A DNA stretch of 64,000 nucleotides from Ophelia neglecta. Taxonomy: Eukaryota. This document shows, piece after piece, positions 49,201 through 63,656 of the stretch. The translations under genes were made by a program, and so were the position numbers. Below the pieces are notes generated by a model that searched no databases, was not told the DNA's origin, and saw only the letters and a list, made by a program, of their open reading frames with translations. Location of the stretch: the NCBI GenBank assembly GCA_965285935.1, contig OZ260662.1, positions 87,854,001-87,918,000 of the forward strand, read 5' to 3'. Within the stretch, counting starts at the first letter, position 1. Every line of letters starts with the position of its first letter.

Positions 49201-51437
49201 ACCCCGATATCAGATATGTGATAAGAAAGTGTTTCTATGACTTACATACATAACCGGGTAACTCGTTTTAAAACATGTTTCTTTAAGAGTTCTTTCCGAA
49301 TCTTTAAATCCGCATGTGGAAGTGCAGTATACAAGGCTGAGTAGTCTCAGGGAGAAACAGACAAATATGAATTGTACCCAGAGCTTCAAAATGTCGTAAG
49401 AGACCTGTTTTAATGATTTTAATCTGGACTCTACCTGAGGCCAAATTTATCATAGACTCTAGCTATTCGCTATTCGTAGATTTTGGTTCCCGTTTATTTC
49501 TTCTTTATTATCAATTATCAATACTTTTATCAGGTTTGTTATGATCTAAAGACTTTTTGTCATGATTCCTTTCTATGGAAATTTGTACATTTATATAGTC
49601 ACTGATATGCGTTTTTGTCGTTCATTGTTTAAATCCTGCTGTAAACCTTGGTTTATATGACCCCTCTGTACATTTTCATTTGACAATAATATGTAGCCGA
49701 GGCAGATCCCAAAGAATCTTATAGAATGTACGGACTGCCATTACCACTCTATCAATTTCTTTTAGCTTTTTCTTATTTCGGCTTTATTTAATGAGTAAGG
49801 TGCAAAACAAAACACATTAAGTGGTGTGTGAAAGTGTACAATTTATTAAGCACCTTCTGTCTATTTATAAACATTGATGATATAAATACCTTATGGGTAT
49901 TTATTCAGTGACGTATTTGACTGGACATAAGAAATGGGCACAACCACTCTGACTTAAAGAGCACAGAACCCTTGTACCTTAATGGTTTTTTTAATTACTT
50001 CCTCATAATGCTATTTAATGAGATATATTTACATGAACACATAATGATAGAAAACGTCTCAATGAAGAGATAATTCATCAACAAAAAGGCCCACAACAGT
50101 TTCTAAAATTCTAAAACACTTCATCTTGCGAATAAATTATTATCACATAATGTAAGTTAATAATTAAATATACGTGTGCTAAAATATACTTAATATTGGA
50201 CCAAGACAATATACATATTATGTTCAAACATTTATTTCTAAATCTATTCTAGCTCTAAATACAACGTAACACAATTAATAGGTCTGGGAACTCGACCCCA
50301 GAGTAGAGAACATATGAGGAAACAGCAGCTTGCAGCTTGGTGCAGTATTCCGTATAGATGCCTATTTCTTATTTATTTACTTCAGAAAAAATATTCAAAG
50401 TGTTTGAGGTAAACAATGGGATGCAGTTGTTTCAGGTACCTTAAATATGTCTATGTTAATAATTCTTATTGACAAAATCTGTAATATATTTGATTTTGTT
50501 CTGGTAATAGATGAAGAGGGTCAAAGGTTATAGCAACGAGTGAAAGTTAGAGGAACGCAAGAAGGCATCTTCGGGAGCTTCACAACATACTTGAAAGCCT
50601 TCAATCTGGTGACTAGATTTGTGAATGATTTCATTGATGAAACAAGTGTTCTTGATCTTTCATTCGCCTTGCATGCCTTTTAATTGAGTATTTTTTTTTC
50701 TTAAAGGACTTTTATTTTCATATACACTGAAAACAGTTATTCCGTGATAGTTGATTAAAATACTCGCGGCTACTGCGAAATATGCCTATTTGTTTCCGAG
50801 AAACACGTAAAACCTTCCTTTCCGTCCACGTGTTCTGGTTTTTTCTCTCAGTATGTTCCATATTTCTGCCTTAGAATCATTTCCTAGTCTCTTGAAAGGA
50901 TCCGCACCATTATTTCTAGTTAGCCTTCTCAATATAAAAAAGAGTTAATGTCCCTGTTTCGTGAGTATTTTCTAACATTCGCTTAGTTACATCTGAAACA
51001 AACACAAAGAGCACAATGTTCAGTCAAATTTTGTGCAACTTAACAAATCGGATCAAATGCATCAGCTTTTATAACATATTGTTAATACACTACAAAACGG
51101 ACTTTCTGATATTTAAAAAAAAAGAGTTGGGGAAATAAAGCTTTAAAACGAAAAACATCTAAAGGTCCTAAAGAGACTGTTGAACTGGATATGCTATGAT
51201 GGAAACTTTAAGGGGATAATAACCCACATATTATAGCGCGAAACTAAGCAAGTCCCATAAACTGAAAAAAACCCTCTAACTGCTGATGGTGTCGTACATA
51301 TCTCCATCTCAAGTGTCCGTACAAGGGCCACGTCTTGTTCCTTGTCTTAATTAAGAGATGTAGGCTTTTCCATCATAAGAGAATTAGTTCAGTTTTATGT
51401 CGACACTTGAAGAATTTACTTTCACCTTACCATTGTT

Positions 51438-54400
51438 CTATCGACATAGTCTGTCGAGGAATCTGTTGGCCACTTGGGAGACCTCGTTCTGGTTTCTCAG
51501 TCGGAAGACGAAATCACTATCGGGATCAGACGCTATACTGTTCAACTCCTGCATGTTTGGATTATCGCCCAACGCTGTGGAGATGAAACACAATGCTTAT
51601 TATCTCACCTTAATTTCATGAAACCAATCACTGTTTTGACGGTTTCGAAGCAACTGTTACAGGCCATTTATACTACTTCATTGCTATATCTTTACATTAA
51701 AACATTCATGAATTGAAAAGTCGAATAGAATTGAAACACTGAAAATAGAACTGTATGAGGTTTAAACTCCAAAATACATGTAGATGGCGGTAGATTGCCC
51801 GCTGTTCTTCATTTGTTTACATCTAGCACAACTGCGTGTACTTCATACCTATAGAGTAGATTTGGATGCCCTGAGCCTTGGCATTCGTGGCGACCCTGAT
51901 GGTGTTGCTCTCCTGTACATTAGAGTAGCCGTCGGTCACCAGGACCACCACATTGTCCACGGCGGTACGGTCACCTCGGTGATTCCTAAAGGATAACACA
52001 CCAAAGAAACATTTAAGTGAACCGAAAGAACGGATACTAACATTCAATTCCTTCAAGTGGCAATTCGAAGCAATGATTAAGCCAACCTATATGTCTAATT
52101 GGTGTAGTATTTTTCTATTTAGTTTAAACGATTGGAGTATCTTTGTCATTAGACGTTTAATATAGGAACCTGAAATGTTCCTGTAGCATCCTTGATAATC
52201 CAGCTTGAGTATTGGTACGACCACCCTGAAATAAAGAAATTGGAACTAGTGAACATCATAGTCAAAGCCTGTTTATAGTAGCAATACAGAACGCTTGAAT
52301 AATCTGTGCTAATATGGAAGTAGAATATCAGTATGTATATATGAAGTAGTACCTGATGGTAGAAGTTGAGCGCGTTGATGACTGCGTCCGGATTGCCAAT
52401 ATACTGGTTGAGGAAAAACTCTCCATTCACCTCAGTGGCATAGGTCACAGCCCCAATACGCACGGCGTCAGATCTACAGATTATGACAAAAAATAAAACA
52501 TAATACTTGCATCTCCAATACTAGAGATTAGACTGCCCACTCCCCTTAACCCCCTATTTAATGCTATAAAAACACACACAGATCACACCGTTTTTGGCGA
52601 ATGGCCAGTGTATATACTGTTGATATATTTGGATACGCGTACAACCTCATGTATTCGATGCATACCGTACGATAGTCACGTGTCAAAATAAGATCATGAC
52701 GCGTGGATAAAATGAATTTCATTTGATTGTGGATAAGAAAACCGTTGGACCGACCTAACAGCAAGTCCGTAGGCGACTGCCTTTGAGAAGGACATAATCA
52801 GACGATATTCAGCCTCCACGCTGCCGGACAAGTCCAACACGAATACCAGGTCCATCTGGCGGTTACAACCTGTTCATGTGTGCGCAAAAATGACAAAATT
52901 TTGCTCAATTTAAAAGATAAACTCAACGTCATTATGTCTTCAGTCCAATGGCGCTAATAAACATTCTTCGATCAGTAAACTGGGGTGTCTTAGCGACAAA
53001 TTAAAGCGAAAGGGTGCAATAATAATATAGTATAAGCTAACAATACACCGACTAAGCCTTTTTTTTCTTTTTTAACACACATCTTACATAAACATACTTT
53101 CTTTTTACTCAATTCTACTTTAAAGGATATTACGTGGTATCCACAATTAACAAACTCTAGTCTTACGTCTGTCACAGTTGATTCCGGTAAAGCCGGTCGT
53201 GCATACACAGAAGTAACGTTTGTAATCGTCCACACAGCGCGCACCGTTACGGCATGGATTGCTCGCGCACTCATCTACGTCTGAGGAAATGTAAATATAT
53301 TACTGTTATCGAGTTCTTACTCGAATCATATAGACATGTAATGGTAAAACATAGGATAAGTCCTCTATATACAAAGAAATGAGCTCATCGTGCATATTCC
53401 CTACATTGACATACAGACATTTTATTTTACAATCATCACCAACAGAATATCTAACTTATTTCCTCTCGTAATGACACACAGAGGAGAATAATTCTTTAAT
53501 ATATTTTTTCTCTACTCCTGTTTGTTCCTACCATTGCAAGTTCCGTCAGACAGCTGGTCGACTCGTCCACTGAGGTCCGAGTATTTCTCCACCGCAAATA
53601 CGTTTAGATCAGTCGGCTCGCTTGCGATGCCCTCTATTTCCAGCTGGTTGACAAAAGTCTTGCCCACAGCCACCGCCATCAGGAGAATTCCGTCCACCCG
53701 ACATTTTATGGCCTCGGGGATGGTGTTGGTGGGGTCAATGTTGGAGTTACCGTCAGTGATTACGATAGCAATGTTTCTGGCATCTTCTCTGTATCCGTTT
53801 GCCGATGTATAGCCGACAGTCCTGAGCATGCGCAAAGCAGAAGGCGTGTTTGTCCTTCCGCCCAAGAAGGGCGTTCCGTGGATGGCCTGAATGACATCTT
53901 GTCGTCTGGTGTATTTGTTGAGGGGGAAGTGAAGGAAGGCTTGGTCGCTCCAGTAGATCAATCCTACCCTTGTTCTGGAAGGATGAATGTCAAAACGCTT
54001 CACTATGTCCGCTATGAAATTCTTAACAATAGGGAACCGTTCGACTCGTATACTGCCTGAACTGTCCAAGACAAAGTAGAGGTCAATTATTCCTGTGCAA
54101 CCTGAAAACAAAAATCCAGATATTGTATGGTATCGAATAGAAGGCAAAAAACTGATCTTTTCAGCTAATATGTAAGTTCTAGAAACTAATGGTACCAAAT
54201 GGTCGCAGGCTCTACCAGTCTTATCAAAGCAGATATTAAAGTTATATATAGGCCTATATAATCTACTATTGTATTAAAAATTTAACACTACTTCATCAGG
54301 AAAAGTTACCGTAGCGTATGCTTTTATGTACAGTAGTACGGTATAAATACTCTGGATGGCATTCAGCAGGTAAAAACCTCACAGACACACGCAACCGTAA

Positions 54401-57400
54401 GCACGCCTTGAGCGACCATGCATGCTGACTTACTTTGTTCACAATGTATCCCAGAGTAGTTGCGTCCGCAAGGTCCACACGAGTATCCGTTCATCAGATC
54501 TCTACACACAGCCCCATTGCGGCAAGGGAAGCTGTTGCAAGGATTGTCATCTGAAAGTTCGAAGAAAACAAAGTACAATTTCGACCTTTTCATCGAAGAG
54601 GGCTTTTATTCAAATGCGATAGTTTTTATTTTATCTATAAAATATAGTTTACATAAATGCACTATACTACTAACTGTTGCAGAGGGCGGTGGTGATTTGT
54701 CCGGTGAGAGCTACACCAAGGCCGTCAAAGTTCTCTGCAGTAAGGACATTCAGGTTTATCGGCTCAGACGCCATGCTTTCCAGCTCTTCCCTGTTAACAC
54801 CCTGTAGTGGAATGGTCAATCTCTTGTCAGATCTGGTGTTAGTACTCCACATTTCAGCATTAACCCCATGACAAGTATCAAGTAGAGATACCCTATTTAT
54901 CGCCGGGGGTGAGTGGGGTGGAGGAAAGTCTACAGCTGTATCAGTTAGATTGTTTGACTTTTGTAACGTATGTTTTCTTTACCGACAATACCCCAGCACA
55001 GGATAGAGTTCAATTCTTAGTTACTACTATTGGTAGCTGTTTGTATGTGTTCTAGATACCCTATGACCAACAATAGGTGGTAGGATATGTTGATAGTTGT
55101 TTGTATCAGTTCTAGATACCCTGTCACCAACATAAAGGTGATAGGTTGTATTAATAAAGAAGTTCTTGCCTGTCCGACGCCGACGGCCAGTATGTTGATG
55201 CCCTCGTTTCGGGCGAGTATTGCCTGCTCCCACGTGGCCTGGGCGTTGTCTGATTTGCCGTCCGTGATGATGACGATGTAGTTAGGCACACCTGGCCGGT
55301 CGCCCTCTGCCGAGCGGAACATAAACTGGCGAGCATACCTATCAGAAGAACTCATACATTAAAGAATAGAACAATATTAGGTCAGGCAGTAGTGTTCAAC
55401 ACATAAACTTTCATTAGTGGTTACTAAGGAGGGATAGAAGTCAGACTCCGACAGTCCTCAGTAACATTTCCCAATGCATAGTAGGCCTATCCCCCTAGTC
55501 TACTGTCATATGTCCAAACCGACTATCAGCCATTTGCACAAATTTATCTTCACTAGAGGGCGCTGTGAAATTTCAGACAGTTCCTCTAGACCTGGGCATA
55601 GATTGTCCACTAGGTCGATTTTTGGTGAGTCTACCAGAGTTACTGGCGTTACTAGAGTTTAACCCGAATCCAACATGACAATATCAGGCGGAAGTGACAG
55701 TTACGCATGTGAACAGCCTTAATTCGGGCGCAACGCTATAGTTACAAGAGTAACGTTAAGAAGAGTGAGACGAGTTATCGCGCTCGAAGACATGATATGC
55801 GTGTATATATAGGAGTGTAAACATATGAGCGAGGTCAGAATGCCGGAACAAGAATTTCCGGGCTAGAATTGCCGGATTGGCGTTGAAAATGGTGATGAAA
55901 ACGCCCTCTTATTGGACCTCAGACTATCTGAGACTAGAACCCTTGAGTGTCAGCCAGGAGAATAGCAACACAAAACCGTAGCAGGGAATTTAGGGAATTA
56001 AAAAAGTAGACAATTTTTAATAGATTAAGGCATTATACAGCCCCATAATAGTAATTATTTTATTATTATTAGTGCCTGTATTGCTGCGCTGCAATGCGTA
56101 ATTGTGTAATTTTTGGGAGGTCAGAATAATTTTCGAGCAGGCTTAAAGAGAAACATTAAAGGAAGCAACGAGCTTGTCGAAAATGTATACATAGCTATTT
56201 GACCTGTGAAGACTGGAATTTCTTTAAACCTATCAATACATTTGTCCGCTATAAACTTAATCTTTTATTAGACTGGTGTAGGTTCTTTAACGCCTTAGTG
56301 ATATTGGTACAGCAACTGGTCTCAATGCAGTGTGGATTCGAGTTGGTTTACATCGTTTGTGAGTTACAATTGTACCTGATGGCGTCTGCAGTGTTGGTGG
56401 TGCCCCCTGTATATCTGACATTGATGGCGCCAAGTATTGACATTTTGTCCTGGTACTCGTCCAGATGGAAAGCCAGCTTAGCCTCATTGCCGAATGTTAC
56501 CATACCAACACGAGTTCCCAGTGTTCCGATTTTTCCGTTGTCCAGATCAAGTGACTGGGCGAGCTCCGTCAAAAAGTCAACAACCTGATTGATCATATCA
56601 AACCAGAAGTCAGCGAGCATTAAGCATAATAATATAATTTAAAGCCATGGGTAAACATTTAATAATGGACAATTTCCTTTATAGGCTAACATTTTATGTT
56701 AATACCAGTTTATATTTTACAGCGTTAAAATGATGTTACCTTTTCAAAGTTTTCTTTGCCGATGCTGCCTGAAGCATCGACAACAAAAATAACGTCACCA
56801 CTATTCGCACATCCTTAAAACAGAGAAAACGAGTATCGTCAGTACATTGGTTTTGCATGCATCAGTTTATATGAGTTGTATCGAAGTATTATTTAAAGAG
56901 CCCAAATATTCAATTTAATCGGAGTATAAGTAATAAAATATCGACGCACTAGTCTCACAGTTGACACCCCCATAGCCAAGAGGACATGGGTCACATCGGT
57001 ACGACTGGATCATATTCACGCAGATACCACCATTACGGCAAGGATTCGAATTACATTCATTGTCGTCTGCGAGAGAAAGATAACTATGTACGTCTTAGAA
57101 TAATCTGAGAGGTCGTCTAAAATATAGCTGGGTGTTTCTTAATGTAAAAATAGACATTTATAACGTAAAAAAAAACCAGATGAGAAGTATCCAAGATTCA
57201 AGGAATGTTCAATGTACTGTTTTAACCTTAATTTTTAATCGAACTAAGGAAAGAACAATCATGAATTTTTAGTTTGTTTCTTTTACTAACTATCACATAT
57301 GGCGTCTCGAAGCAGTGTCACGACACTTTGTAGTTCCCTGAAGCTGGTCACGTGTATCATATTCTTCTTGTAGGGGTAGGAAGCAATGGCTTGTAACTCG

Positions 57401-60400
57401 TGCATGTCTAACCATCCACCTGCAGACGTAAATCGTATTCATTGTTAGAACAATCCGTTCAAATTCAGAAGTCCGACCACATCAACTAAACACGGAGCTC
57501 GGCAAAAAAAAAGACAAAAAACATCCCCGTAGTGTTATATAGGTTTAGCCTACTTATGCACTGAGGAAAGTAACACGCGGTAACTGTAATGAAATTGTTT
57601 AATAAGTAAGGTTTAATTTGTTAGATATACATTGAATGCCTGCAAGCACACTAGGGCAGTTCTCGGAGACCACCGATGTGGCAGCAAATTCCATTAAAGC
57701 CCTCATAGCTCAGTGATAGCAATCAGACAGGTTCATCTCAGAAATCTAACGGATCATTGAATGCTCGGCGGATTGGTGTTATTTACAGGAGATGTAGCTA
57801 GAGATAAAAACCCTTCAATACCGTAAATGTTTGTATGCCCCCCTCACCCCCGCCCGCGAAATGACGAGATTATTTAAACGTGGGGAGTAAAACCCATGGA
57901 GAGACACCCTGCCCCCGGTCCTTACCCTGCCAATGAATGGTATACCTATACTAACAAAATAACGAGACGTTAATCTCTCGTATTGGAAATAAAATCAGGC
58001 TATGCCCTTGACCGCTTCCAATTTTGTTGTGAGATAGCCAGCATCTAATACTTGTGCAATTTTGTTTTTGAATGTTATAGGGTCACTACAAACTGTAAAA
58101 GTGTCTTACAAAATAGAAAAACATCTAGGGGACCCAGGGTTTGAAAGTGAGCGAAACGAACGGCTCCATCTAGAACATATATAAGATTTACCACGAGTTG
58201 GCTCTCACAGATATACTCATTCGGATCGACTTTAGGCAGTGATGGTTCCTTTTATTTATTTTCTTGGTGAAGCTCGTGGTCTTGTTCCTTGCTGGGATTT
58301 TTTTCACATGGTTCCTGGTATTTATTCTACTGTCGGAGGGTGTGCAATGGTTCCTGGGATTTCTTTTCCAGATTAACATCCCTTCGTGGCTGGTTCATGG
58401 CCGAGGTAATGTTATTATATGGGATACGCCTCCCCACCCAAACCCCCTAACCTCGGAGTCTTCTCCTTCCCAATCAACCGCATATAGGCCTACCATTTTT
58501 GGCATTTTAATTGTCTGTAAATTCTAGGTGAATATTGGTCGATGGATTAATTTAAAATCGGGATATTTGGCCTTTCGAAACTCATTTTTAAGGCCATATG
58601 CGTATAGTGTAAATGGCAGGGCAATAAAACAGCTACCTACCTATTCCGATGGAAATGACGTGAATGCCTTGTTCCCTGGCCTGCCGAGCTTCCAGTAAGG
58701 TAGCTTCTCGGTTGTTAGATTCTCCATCGGTGATTATCACGGCAATGTTTGGCACGCCAGACCTGATGGATGTAAATGAAATATGTTATGTGTCTCCAAA
58801 TTGATCTGTATTCCTTTATTTTCGCTAGGACTACAGCTTTAAACAGAAAGGAAGAATAGACCACTGACCTATCACCATTAAATGAGGTAAACATGTTGGC
58901 GCGCATGAATCTGATGGCGTCTGCTGTGGCTGTGCTTCGTCTGGCGTAATTGACTTTTTGTAGTGCGTTCATCACGTCATATCTGTTGCTGTAACGATTG
59001 AGTTGGAACTCCAGATTTGTGGTGTCACTAAAAGTCAAAGCTCCGAGACGTACTCGGCCGCTATCTATGTCCAAACTTCTGGCAAGATCTGAGGCGTATT
59101 GCTTCACCAGCTTGAAGTTTTTCTCGCTAATACTACCGGAACTGTCCATGACAAACACTACATCCGCCTGGTCGCGACAGTCTAAAAGCAGAGATCGCCA
59201 GGATGATGAAGTTTTTCCTAGCTATTAGATGAGTCCCCGATTAATAGTTTATATTAAAGACGATCGAGGAGGCACTAAAACCTATAATAAACTATTTTCC
59301 CAATGATAATTCTACGGCACAATAAATAAAGATGGAAATTAGCATCCGCTCATTCGCCATCGGCTAATAAGTTTAGTACAGAGGTATTGAAGGGTTCAAA
59401 CTATTTGTCACGATGGCTAACAACATCTGATGAACCATTAACAAGAACATGTCGCCAATATTATATTATTATTAAGATTTAAAGGTTTTATTACCCATCC
59501 TTTATAATCTGAGAAGCAGACGGATGCACTTACCGGTTGGTGGCAAAGGTGTCCCTGTTGGTGTCGGCGTAGGGCTTGGGGGCGGCGTTGGCCTTGGTGT
59601 CGGGGGTGGTGTTGGGGGCGTTGGCCTTGGTGTCGGGGGTGGTGTTGGGGGCGTTGGCCTTGGTGTCGGGGGTGGCGTAGGTGGCGTTGGCCTTGGTGTC
59701 GGGGGAGGCGTTGGGGGCGTTGGCCTTGGTGTCGGGGGTGGCGTTGGTGGCGTTGGCCTTGGTGTCGGGGGTGGCGTTGGGGGCGTTGGCCTTGGTGTCG
59801 GGGGAGGCGTTGGGGGCGTTGGCCTTGGTGTCGGGGGTGGCGTTGGGGGTGTTGGCCTTGGTGTCGGGGATGGCGTTGGACTTGGTGTCGGTGATGGCGT
59901 CGGGGGTGGTGTCGGAGGCACTGTCGGAGGTGGAGTCGGCGGGGCCAATGTGCTTGGGATGTTATTGCATGTTTTGTTTATAAGCTCCTTTATAATTGAT
60001 TCCAATTCGTCGAATTCAGATGCAAAGAAGTAGTGAGTACTGTCAGGGTCGGAGGCTATCTCTTTCAATTCACTTTCGTCTACGTCCGCGGTTATGCCTA
60101 CGGTAAAGATTTGTATTCCTTCGGCCTTTGCTAGTCTTGCCTAAGAAGAGAAAATTGTCTCAAAAATCCATATACTCCAGAGATTATACAACAGTACATC
60201 CTATCAACGTTTCAGATCGATGGTATAGGCCTACTTATAATTAACTTAAATTAAATACACATTTACCTGCTCAAAAGTATCTCCTGTGTCCAAGTTGGCC
60301 CGACCGTCTGTTACCAGTATGGCTATGTTAGGGACCTGTGGGCGATCTCCTCGCCCAGGTACAAACAACTGGGTCCTCGTCTTCCTCAGGACGTCTGCTA

Positions 60401-63400
60401 TGTTAGTCTCCCCTCCAGTAATCTAACCACAAAAACAAGCCATGATAATTATTCTGCACAAGCCCCAGCTTTGATGAATTATATTAATCAGTACACTTTG
60501 CCTAAGATGTAAGATTTATTTATTGTAATTCAAGCAAATTACAGTTTGATGGACCTTTGATCTTTAAATGAAAGAAACAGGTCTTCATTATAATAATTGG
60601 GTCACCATACAACCAGATGAATACAAAAATGTAAACAAGTAACAAAGCAGGTTGATGTGGATGATATATTCTAAATGACAATTTGTAATAAGGAATACGT
60701 TAAAATGTATTAAGCTATCAAGCTAATATAATCCCGCTTAAGCTCGTTATTTACACCACAAGTCAAGGTTTATTGGCAGAATTAACATGGTTTGTTGACG
60801 AGCTTGGTGTGATAGGTTGTAGTGGATGGCAAGGCTGAGGTAAAGTGGGACATAGTGGCGACCTGGGAGAGGACACTGAACGTTTGTTCTTTGCCCATCT
60901 GAGGAAGACCGATATACCGAGCAGGTATGCCGTAGGGACCATAAAGTCTTGTCGTGTCGGGTTTTTGCCCTTAGTTAAAGGCCGATTAGGTAGTAATCCA
61001 CAGTTTGAATTCCATAGCAGGCCAAAGAGGAGCAACAGGCATGCACCCAAGAAATCCCGATCCTACGAAATCCGCCCTTCAGATCCCACTTTCTGAAGGT
61101 CTGTCCGCTCCTTTAGATATTTGTTTTTGAGCAATCCGATTTATTTGGCCGTGCTTTAAACAGCCGCCCTTGTTGGTCTCTTGTTTCACCGCCCCATTAA
61201 TTTGAACAGCACATATTTTAGCCGCTCAGCTCTAATTGGGACTATTCTACTCCATAGGTTCAGCTCTTCTTGGGTACATTACCTGGCCCTTGGTATAACC
61301 ACCAATGTTCAGGGGTAATGCCCCCAGAGTGCTATTGCACTTGGGATGTGCCTAGGAGTTAAGGAATATTTATAGCACTATCTCACTAAAAAGGAGACGT
61401 TTGAGACTTCGAAGGCATTGGTTGTAACCTTCTAGGATATTAAAAATAAGGCGTTGTCCTGTTTAAACTTAATTTATTTGTATTGACTGAATTCCAGAGT
61501 CTGTGCCCCCAAGTGCGCACCACTTTCCAGTGTTAGGAGCTCCAGCATGACTCCCGCTACCCAGTCTTTCACTTAAGACGGTTCCCAAACTTTATTAAAC
61601 ACAACTTTGCTTAGACTTAAGACCAGTTTTTTTTCTTTTAGCACACGGTCTTCATGAAAGTAAAGGCTATGTATTACTTACAATATACGTCGTATAGATG
61701 GGTCGCCGAATTTATCGCTTTTCATGAGTTTGCATTTGCCGCTTGCAGTGGAACGCTTACGTCACTGCATTGGATACTGTTGTTAGGGAGATTCCGTTGG
61801 ATGCCACTCCGCACGTCGCCAATTGGCTGGATTGCCGTTATGACGTATTAGACTAGATTTATTGGGGAATCCCTTCTATTCATCAACCGGAGAATTGGCA
61901 GTTCGCCATCTCCGCAACACCCGCAACAGAAATTGAAATGAATTGAGCTTCAGAGATTTCTCGATGAGTGTATCCGTTTATGTGTCTATGTTAGACTTCT
62001 CGCCACCGTAAATCGGTAGACAGTGCTTTCATCCTGGAATGTACTCGTACTCATACACCAGTAACTTTTGGGAAAATCCCCTCAGATTAAAGAATCAATT
62101 GATAGGCATAGATGTCCCTCATTTCAGGACGTGATAATCGCTAACAATCAGCAAACTCTCCAGTCCGTAAAACAGCTGTTGATCAGGTGAAGGGATTCCT
62201 CGATAAATCTAGTCTAAGACGTCATAACGGCAATCCAGCCAATTGGCGAGGCGCGGAGTGACATCCGAAAGGAATTTCCCTAGCAACAGTATCCAATGCA
62301 GTGACGTAAGCGTTCCACTGCAAGCGGCAAATGCAAACGCAAGAATTGCGATAAATTCGGCGACCCATTTATAAGACGTATATTGTAAGTAAAAGGGCGC
62401 GTGCACGTCTGTATCGTCAACGGTGCTCATATAGCTAGTGTTACTTTTAATTCAATAAAACTCAACCAATGTTTAATAAGGAAATGTGAACAACGATCTC
62501 GTATAACATAACAGTAAATATAAATAAACTATTAATATAGAAAGGCTTTCCATGCATTTAACATGCACGACATAAATTGTATCAGCCACCTACCTCGAGA
62601 TTAGAAATCTCTTCAAGGAGGCTCGGGGTGTCAAAGAAATCATCCAAATATATTTCAACGGAGCCAAAATCAGAGAACTTGAGAAGGCCGATTCTGGTAG
62701 TTGTTCTCCCCACGGGAAACGCCCGTACCACTGAAGACGCGAAGCCTAGCATGCGGACATACCAGTTGTCATAAGTTTCGAAGACAATTGATGTCGACTG
62801 GTCGAGGATAATAGCAATATCAGCCTCTTTTTCGCAAGCGGTCGCTGAAATATTATATTACACCATTAATCTCGATAATCGGGTAAAATATTCAGCAAGA
62901 ACACTACCTACAAATAATACATAACTATAGTTCTTGTATTTCTACCTGCTTGTAATGCATTTTCGTGAGTAGTACATTGACCTATTTAATATGTAGAGGC
63001 ATGCAGTTCAGATCTTTCCAAAGATAGGACTCCTACTTGATTAACGATCTGAACTGTTTGGCACTTACTTGGCGCGTCTGTGGGCGCAGCACGGCAGGTG
63101 GCGTCCACCACGTCTTGGAGAATGTTAGCCAAACTGATGAAGTCCCTGACAGTAAACACATCCTCCGGCTTGCTGGCTATAGTTCTTAGCTCAGCCATGT
63201 CAATCTGGTTGGTGATGCCCACAGCGATCAGTCTGATATCTTTTTTCTTAGTCAACTCTGCCTCAATGGCTGTCTCATTCTCCCGGATGTTGGACTTGCC
63301 ATCCGTGATTACTATACCAATGTTTGGAACGCCTGGCCGATCGCCCTCGGACTCAACGAACACCCTTTCCCTGAGAAACCGTAACCCCTCCCCAGTGTAG

Positions 63401-63656
63401 GTTGTCGTACCGAGGAACTCCATATTGTTTATGGAGTCCTTCATCCGTTGTTTGTCGTAGAACTTATTCAAACCGAATTCCACGATGGCGAAGCCGCTAA
63501 ACTGGATCGCGGCCACTCGCACTTTGGTCGCACCGATATCCAGAAGGTCTATGATGTCGGTGGTGAATTTTTTTAGTTCAATAAAGCTGTCTCCACTCTC
63601 CTGAAGGCTGCCGCTCGAGTCCAGTACAAAGCCGATATCCACCTGGTCACAGCCAC
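51438..63656 (-). CDS. Multi-vWA/EGF extracellular matrix protein (collagen VI/matrilin-like vWA domains); 5' part lies beyond the window
   Basis: Exons in transcription order: 63656-63069, 62844-62594, 60422-60267, 60140-59534, 59181-58869, 58762-58641, 57419-57291, 57066-56950 (EGF), 56813-56740, 56584-56376, 55338-55170, 54801-54675, 54550-54434 (EGF), 54101-53532, 53280-53167 (EGF), 52869-52755, 52473-52353, 52225-52170, 51985-51849, 51574-51438 (stop). Six vWA domains with DxSxS...TDG MIDAS motifs. Confidence 0.9.
59570..59945 (-). repeat. Coding 33-bp tandem repeat, (PTPRPTPPTPP) about 9 times; Pro/Thr linker
   Basis: ggccttggtgtc recurs every 33 bp inside exon 59534-60140. Confidence 0.92.
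61674..62392. mobile_element. Fold-back/MITE with ~200-bp imperfect terminal inverted repeats, in an intron of the vWA gene
   Basis: 61674-61876 is the reverse complement of 62189-62392; the ORF track shows mirrored peptides (YLQYTSY.WVAEFIA). Confidence 0.88.

Noticed and set aside
59524-60033. Gly/Val-rich plus-strand protein
   Set aside because: Antisense shadow of the Pro/Thr repeat exon of the vWA gene.
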